A stretch of DNA of 64,000 bases from Candidatus Uhrbacteria bacterium (GTDB lineage: Bacteria; Patescibacteriota; Patescibacteriia; UBA9934): assembly GCA_903827265.1 (NCBI GenBank), contig CAIKHN010000003.1, positions 24,392 to 88,391 on the forward strand, written 5' to 3'. Positions 58,584 through 64,000 of this stretch are shown here, one piece after another (position 1 is the first letter of the stretch; every line of letters begins with the position of its first letter). The notes under the pieces are model-generated. The model saw only the letters and a program-made list of their open reading frames with translations, did no database searches and was not told the origin of the DNA. A program made the position numbers and the translations under genes.

Positions 58584-58928
58584 TCCAAGCCTTCCGCGGC
58601 ACGCGCGGTCGGCTCGCTCACACCTCATCTGGCTTCGGCTGGGTGAGGTGTTCGCATTTGAGAGCACTCGTTCTCTTTTATTTCGAGCAAGTGCATAATT
58701 TTCGACCAGTTTCGGTGCGCGACGAAGGCGGGAGCGTCAAGACGTACGTTGCGGTACGTCGTCGATCACGCCGAGGACGCAAGCCGAAAGTGGGCAAAAT
58801 TATGCGCTTGCTTCTTTACTTTTCCCCAATTTTCCGCTAATATTCCTTGTCCCTCAAGTGGGGGAATGACACACTGTCATTAGGCCACCTGGCCTCACGT
58901 TCCTGAAACCTTCCCGTTCGGAGTTCCC

Positions 58929-61253
58929 ATGAACCGCTCCTTCGTTCTCACGCTTCTCGTTTCCTTCGGCTGTGCGGATCCCGTCGGCAAGTGCACGCAA
59001 CGCAACGACGACGGAAGCATGTCCATCGTGGCGGAGTGCGTCAGCAGCAATCGCTCCCTGATCGTCGACACCGGCGACACGGGCGACTCCGGAACCATCG
59101 ACAGCACCGACTCGGATTCGGGCGGTGACAGCGATTCGGTTCCGGACACCGCCGACACCGGCGATACTGCGGATACGTCCGACACCGCTGTCATCGAAAC
59201 CGGCGACTCGGATACCGACACCGCGGACACGTCTGACACCGGCGACACCGGCGACACCGCGGACATCATCGATGTGGACGGCGACGGCTTCGCGGCCGAC
59301 GTCGACTGCGACGATACGGATGCCGGAATCAACCCCGATGCCGTGGAAATGTGCGACAACGTCGACAACAACTGCGACGGCGTCATCGACAATGATGCCG
59401 CGGATCGGACGACGTACTACGTCGATGCCGACAGCGATGGCTACGGCGATGTCTCCCTCAGCGTGTTGTCGTGCGACCCGGTTCCGGGTTCCGTTCTCGA
59501 CGGGACGGACTGCGACGATAGCGACTCGACCGTTTATCCGTATGCCGTTGAAGATTGCACGGACACCGTCGATCTCAACTGCGATGGCTCCGTCGGCGCG
59601 TCTGATCTGGACGGCGATGGAACGATCGCCTGCGAGGATTGCGACGACGTCGATGCGTCCGCGTATCCCGGTAACACGGAAACGTGCGATGGTGTCGACA
59701 ACGACTGCGACAAAACCGTCGACAACGATGCTTCGGACGCGCTCATCTGGTACGCCGACAGCGACGGTGACAGCTACGGCGATGCATCTGTGACCGACGT
59801 TGCGTGTTCGGCCTCGGCCGGGTACGTGGCGGACAACGCGGATTGCAACGACACTCGCGCCGATGTGAATCCTGGCGAGACGGAGCTGTGCGATGGAAGC
59901 GCCGTGGACGAGGACTGCAACGGTCTCGTGAACGACGCGGATCCGGGCATGGATCCGTCCGGGCTGTTCTACCTCTACGAGGACATGGACGGCGACGGGT
60001 ACGGCGACGTGGCGACCGAAGCGCAGTACTGTGAGTCGCCCGATTCCTCGTGGATCGGCGATAGCTCGGACTGCGACGACGCGGATGCCGGAATCAACCC
60101 CGGTGCCGTCGAGTGGTGCGACGGTGTGGATGACGACTGTGACGGCGCGGTTGACGAAAGCGGATCCGCGGGCGAAAGCACGTGGTACGCCGACGTGGAC
60201 AGCGACGGCTACGGCGATGTGTCGAGCTTCGAGAGCGCGTGCGATCAGCCGATCGGCTTCGTCGCCGACAGTGCGGACTGCGATGACGGGGACGCCTCGG
60301 CGTATCCCGGCGCCGCGGAGATCGTGGCGGACGGCATCGACCAGGACTGTGACGGAAGCGACCTCGCCAATCCGGATGCGGATAGCGATGGGTACGACGA
60401 CGTCATCTACGGCGGTACGGACTGCAACGACTCGGATGCGAGTGTCAGCCCCGGCGTCATCGAGTCCTGCGACAGCATCGACAATGATTGCGACGGGGAC
60501 GTCGACGAAAGCGGATCCGCGGGCGAAAGCACGTGGTACGCCGACGTGGACAGCGACGGCTATGGTGACGTGATGTCTTCGGAAGACGCCTGTGATCAGC
60601 CGATCGGCACCGTGAGCGACAGCTCGGACTGCGACGACACGGATACGACGGTGTACCCCGGCGCCGCGGAAATTGTGGCGGACGGCATCGACCAGGACTG
60701 CGACGGCGCGGACAGCACGCTGCCGGACAGCGATGGCGATGGCGACGCGGACGTCACCGACTGCAACGACGCCGACGCCACGGTGTATACCGGGGCAACG
60801 GAAGTTGAGGGCGACGGGATCGATAATGATTGCGACGGTGTCGAGCTGGTGTACGACGAGGACTTCGGGACCACGACCGGCCCCTGTACGGTGGGGAGCT
60901 TCGTCCGTTCGGACGGTGGTTCCATTCATCAGATGGGATCGTGCGTGATCCTCATCCAGGAAGGTGGAAGCCTCACGGCTCCGAGCGTTTCGGACGACGT
61001 CACCCTCACGGGGCTGACGGTCGGACAGACGTACACCTTCCAGTGGGATGTGGAGAACCAGTTCTCGGCAACGGTGACGATTGTCGCAGACGTGAACCGT
61101 GGAGCCCCTGACACGGTCACGATCCTCCGTGGAGGATCCGATGTCCTCGAAGTGACGTGGGCTGCGACGAGCACGTCCACCACCGCCCGCGTCTGGACCA
61201 CTGGCACGAGTTACTACGACGGAATGCTGGATGGCTTTACGGTCACCCGGTGA
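58929..61253 (+). CDS. Lipoprotein with about 10 MopE-type putative metal-binding repeats (CDGxDNDCDG...DE)
   Basis: 774 aa. LLVSFGC lipobox, DTGDTGD tracts, and repeats such as DCDDTDAGINPDAVEMCDNVDNNCDGVIDND and DADSDGYGD. GC is about 67%. The antisense 691-aa ORF is rejected as low-complexity. Confidence 0.65.
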   Translation: MNRSFVLTLLVSFGCADPVGKCTQRNDDGSMSIVAECVSSNRSLIVDTGDTGDSGTIDSTDSDSGGDSDSVPDTADTGDTADTSDTAVIETGDSDTDTADTSDTGDTGDTADIIDVDGDGFAADVDCDDTDAGINPDAVEMCDNVDNNCDGVIDNDAADRTTYYVDADSDGYGDVSLSVLSCDPVPGSVLDGTDCDDSDSTVYPYAVEDCTDTVDLNCDGSVGASDLDGDGTIACEDCDDVDASAYPGNTETCDGVDNDCDKTVDNDASDALIWYADSDGDSYGDASVTDVACSASAGYVADNADCNDTRADVNPGETELCDGSAVDEDCNGLVNDADPGMDPSGLFYLYEDMDGDGYGDVATEAQYCESPDSSWIGDSSDCDDADAGINPGAVEWCDGVDDDCDGAVDESGSAGESTWYADVDSDGYGDVSSFESACDQPIGFVADSADCDDGDASAYPGAAEIVADGIDQDCDGSDLANPDADSDGYDDVIYGGTDCNDSDASVSPGVIESCDSIDNDCDGDVDESGSAGESTWYADVDSDGYGDVMSSEDACDQPIGTVSDSSDCDDTDTTVYPGAAEIVADGIDQDCDGADSTLPDSDGDGDADVTDCNDADATVYTGATEVEGDGIDNDCDGVELVYDEDFGTTTGPCTVGSFVRSDGGSIHQMGSCVILIQEGGSLTAPSVSDDVTLTGLTVGQTYTFQWDVENQFSATVTIVADVNRGAPDTVTILRGGSDVLEVTWAATSTSTTARVWTTGTSYYDGMLDGFTVTR

Positions 61254-61322
61254 ATGCTCGAGCCCCTGGCCCGCTTCGGCGGTGTCCAGGGGCTCTTCAC
61301 GTTCTCCTGATATACTTCACGC

Positions 61323-62855
61323 ATGATCCCGAATTTCCGTTCGTTATATCAGGCGTCTGAAGAGCAAACGCGTCTTGCATTCTTTGGTTTTACTGCGCTT
61401 CTTGCGCTTGGGTTCCTTGGAACGATTTTCTTTTCTCCAACGCTGGTTGTCGCGACAGTTCTCGGTGTTCTTGCTGTCGCATTCGCGTTTGCTCGTCCAA
61501 CGTGGGCATTGTGTGTGTTTGCCGTGTACCTTCCGTTCGAACCATTTTTGTTAAAGTGGGTTGCGGATGATGTGTATGTATTTGCACGATACGGGTCAGA
61601 GCTTGTGGTGTATCTCTTGCTTGCGGTGGTGTGTTGGCGAATGCTGACGGGAACCATCGTGTTTAAACGCACGCCACTTGATGTTGCATTTTGTGTGGTG
61701 GTGTTTCTTGCGCTTGTGTCTGTTGTGATGAACGCCGTGTCTCCGTGGGTTGCACTGTTGGGGTTGCGCCAGATATTCCGATTTGTTTTGCTTTTCTTTA
61801 TTGTTGTTTACCTCGCACCATCAAAAAATATTGTTCGAAAACTGCTGATCACCATGAGTATTGTTGTTGCGATTCAAGCAGGACTCGGCTATGCACAGCG
61901 TGTGATTGGAGAACCGCTTGATTCATTCTTGTTGCCGTCGGCGCAACGCACGCTTGGCGGACTGCAGCTGACGTCTGGAACAACAGAATTTTGGGATCCT
62001 GGTCAGCGGGTGTTTGGGACGCTAGGAAGGTACGATCAGTTGGGAACATTCATGGCGTTCTTTCTTGTGCTTCTTGTGGCGTTTTTGTATGAGCGATCGC
62101 TCTCGCCGTCAGAAGAATTACCGGCGTGGGCTATTCTCCTTTTCTCGCTTCCTGTTGTTGGTCTTGCATACTCGCGCTCTGCTTGGTTTGGCTTTGCGCT
62201 CGCATTTTTCTTTATTGCACTCATCATCAAGCGCGATAAACGTGTGCTCGCGGCGTCAGTTGCAGGTGGAATATTCCTTGTGGGCTATTTAATTGTTTCT
62301 GGACTTGCGGTGAATCAACTTCAAGATTCCGCGAATCAAACATTTGCGAATCGTTTCTTTGAAGCGTTCTCTGTTGCACGATGGCAAGGTGAATATTTTG
62401 GTCTTGGGCGCGTGTATTGGATGGCGCAAACCGTGTGGACTGTTGTTCCGTCGTCTCCGCTTTTTGGTCATGGACCAGGAACGTATGGCGGGGGAGCGGT
62501 TGCTGCGTTAGGGAATACAAAATTATACGATGAACTTGGCTTGCCGTTTGGTGTGTACGGCACCGAAGGATATATCGACAACAATTGGTTTAGCATGTGG
62601 GGCGAGCTTGGAACGGTTGGGCTTGGGGCGTATCTTGTGATGTTCGTGACACTCTTTTCGGCATGTATGCGAATATACCGTGAGTCGAAAGATCCTGAAG
62701 TTCGCGCACTCGCGCTTGGGGTTGCTGCGGCAATGCTCGCGGTGTCCGTCAATGCACTTCTCGCAACGTATCTTGAAGCGCGAACTCTTGCGCCGTATTT
62801 GTGGATGACAGGTGGTATGGTAGTCGCATTCGGAAAGAAAGAGGGGATTGTTTAG
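61323..62855 (+). CDS. O-antigen ligase/polymerase-like (Wzy/WaaL family) polytopic membrane protein
   Basis: 510 aa, at least 10 TMs with a large periplasmic loop. GC is native (about 50%). Confidence 0.5.
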   Translation: MIPNFRSLYQASEEQTRLAFFGFTALLALGFLGTIFFSPTLVVATVLGVLAVAFAFARPTWALCVFAVYLPFEPFLLKWVADDVYVFARYGSELVVYLLLAVVCWRMLTGTIVFKRTPLDVAFCVVVFLALVSVVMNAVSPWVALLGLRQIFRFVLLFFIVVYLAPSKNIVRKLLITMSIVVAIQAGLGYAQRVIGEPLDSFLLPSAQRTLGGLQLTSGTTEFWDPGQRVFGTLGRYDQLGTFMAFFLVLLVAFLYERSLSPSEELPAWAILLFSLPVVGLAYSRSAWFGFALAFFFIALIIKRDKRVLAASVAGGIFLVGYLIVSGLAVNQLQDSANQTFANRFFEAFSVARWQGEYFGLGRVYWMAQTVWTVVPSSPLFGHGPGTYGGGAVAALGNTKLYDELGLPFGVYGTEGYIDNNWFSMWGELGTVGLGAYLVMFVTLFSACMRIYRESKDPEVRALALGVAAAMLAVSVNALLATYLEARTLAPYLWMTGGMVVAFGKKEGIV

Positions 62856-62877
62856 ATTTTGTCTTCGCCCCTTCGTT

Positions 62878-62915
62878 ATTGCGAGGAAGGTAATCCCGAC
62901 GAAGCAATCTAGGTG
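62878..62915 (+). repeat. 38-bp direct repeat, copy 1, flanking the GIY-YIG gene
   Basis: attgcgaggaaggtaatcccgacgaagcaatctaggtg is identical to 63278-63315. The repeat has an internal palindrome (attgc...gcaat). Confidence 0.7.
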
Positions 62916-62916
62916 T

Positions 62917-63210
62917 ATGGATGATCGACAATTTTTTGTATATATTCTTTCGAATGTTTCAAATTCGGTTTTGTATATCGGAGTGACAAATAATCTTCCA
63001 AGGCGAATCGAGGAACATCGATCGGGTTTTGTAGAGGGTTTTACTAAAAAGTATCATTGCCATAAGTTAGTCTATTACGAGGTCCTCGAAACAGCGTATG
63101 ATGCTATCAGTCGAGAAAAGCAATTAAAGGGAGGATCGAGAAAGAAAAAAGAAGCGCTTATTGTATCGCTGAATCCGACCTGGAAGGACCTTGTGAGTGA
63201 TTTAATCTAG
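62917..63210 (+). CDS. GIY-YIG nuclease family protein
   Basis: 97 aa. FFVYILSNVSNSVLYIGVTNNLPRRIEEHR is the GIY-YIG core. The ORF track starts at 62848, but ATG 62917 follows the repeat. Confidence 0.7.
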   Translation: MDDRQFFVYILSNVSNSVLYIGVTNNLPRRIEEHRSGFVEGFTKKYHCHKLVYYEVLETAYDAISREKQLKGGSRKKKEALIVSLNPTWKDLVSDLI

Positions 63211-63277
63211 ATTGCTTCGTCGAACGATTACGTTCTTCTCGCAAAGACTGAGTTAAAGATTGATCAGATCTTCAGTC

Positions 63278-63315
63278 ATTGCGAGGAAGGTAATCCCGAC
63301 GAAGCAATCTAGGTG
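63278..63315 (+). repeat. 38-bp direct repeat, copy 2
   Basis: Perfect copy of 62878-62915. A degenerate inverted copy lies at 63207-63245 and overlaps the GIY-YIG stop codon. Confidence 0.7.
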
Positions 63316-63342
63316 ATACGAGAACAATAAAGGGAGGCTAAT

Positions 63343-64000
63343 ATGAAAATCATCCACGTCCATAAATATTTTCATTCTCGCGATGGCGCAAGCCGGTATG
63401 AACGAGGACTGATGCGGCTTCAGGAAGAAGCTGGGCATGTTGTTGCTCCGTTTGCAATGCACGACGAGAGAAATGAACCAACGCCGTGGAGCGAATATTT
63501 TGTTTCAAATCTTGAAACGAAACACGTTGCCTTTGGCTTGAACGCGATTCGTCAATTTTTCCGCGCGGCGTGGTCCAGAGAAGCTGAGAAGAAATTTACG
63601 CAACTTCTTGACGTGTTCCGACCAGATATTATTCACGTACATAATATTTACACGCATATTTCGCCATCGATTCTTGCGGTTGCAAAACGGAGAAATATTC
63701 CTGTCGTCATGACTGTTCATGATTACGCGCTGTTGAGCGCGAATTATTCGCTGTGGGATGCATCGAACATGCGTTCTATGGATTTGCGCGATATTGGTGT
63801 TCTCGCAACGGCACGAACGCGATTTATTAAAGGATCGTTTCTTGCGACGTTGCTTCTTGAACTTGTGTTAAAAGCGCATCACGCGAAGCGACTGTATGAT
63901 GGCGCGATTGCCGAGTACACAACGTACTCGCAGTTTGTGAAAGATGTGATGGTTGGCGCGGGATTTGATGCAAAGAGAATCTCTGTGCTCGGCGCGTATG
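63343..64000 (+). CDS. Glycosyltransferase (GT4-like N-terminal domain), 3' partial
   Basis: AAGGGAGG SD then ATG. MKIIHVHKYFHSRDGASRYE...IIHVHNIYTHISPSIL. The ORF continues past the window end. Confidence 0.6.
   Translation, partial: MKIIHVHKYFHSRDGASRYERGLMRLQEEAGHVVAPFAMHDERNEPTPWSEYFVSNLETKHVAFGLNAIRQFFRAAWSREAEKKFTQLLDVFRPDIIHVHNIYTHISPSILAVAKRRNIPVVMTVHDYALLSANYSLWDASNMRSMDLRDIGVLATARTRFIKGSFLATLLLELVLKAHHAKRLYDGAIAEYTTYSQFVKDVMVGAGFDAKRISVLGAY

Noticed and set aside
58854-60929. 691-aa minus-strand ORF
   Set aside because: It is antisense to the 774-aa MopE-repeat lipoprotein. Its product is repetitive (VAVRAV...) with no signal or domain logic; the plus-strand product has a lipobox and coherent Cys-repeats.

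Overview
The window is about 64 kb of a bacterial chromosome with roughly 50% GC. Its housekeeping genes are hflX, ybeY, dgkA, ftsA/ftsZ, nrdR, pyk, infC-rpmI-rplT, tmRNA with smpB, and a tRNA-Asp. Two giant cell-surface proteins (609 aa and 3137 aa) carry paralogous N-terminal VirB2/TrbC-like pilin membrane anchors. The larger one has Ig/IPT-like domains, cysteine-rich DUF4215-type repeats and a C-terminal vWA domain; this architecture is typical of Patescibacteria/CPR-like organisms. A third giant protein (2476 aa) contains a long 11-residue tandem array and a C-terminal SH3b domain.

The most notable locus is an approximately 11.8-kb low-GC integrated island (26601-38384). It is bounded by a 15-bp direct repeat that reconstitutes the 3' end of tRNA-Asp, and it carries a large serine recombinase. 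Its cargo is a minus-strand three-gene operon: a zinc-ribbon membrane protein, a 1970-aa STAND/NACHT-type P-loop NTPase with an N-terminal PD-(D/E)xK-like nuclease domain and a roughly 1400-aa helical C-terminal region, and a 178-aa membrane protein. The island also carries several small paralogous zinc-ribbon proteins. I read this as a candidate novel Avs-like antiviral system.

Several high-GC segments (65-70% GC) encode Myxococcota-style MopE-repeat and DTGDT-repeat lipoproteins. Two of these genes sit behind a duplicated module of about 260 bp comprising a consensus sigma70 promoter, a roughly 170-nt leader and a shared signal peptide. These segments are either recent cross-phylum HGT or assembly chimerism.

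Other accessory features are a TA pair (AbrB-type antitoxin plus RelE/ParE toxin) inserted between ssrA and smpB, a two-gene insertion between ftsA and ftsZ with paired terminator repeats, a GIY-YIG mini-element flanked by 38-bp direct repeats, and an 18-bp perfect inverted repeat abutting a start codon. No CRISPR array or rRNA was seen.
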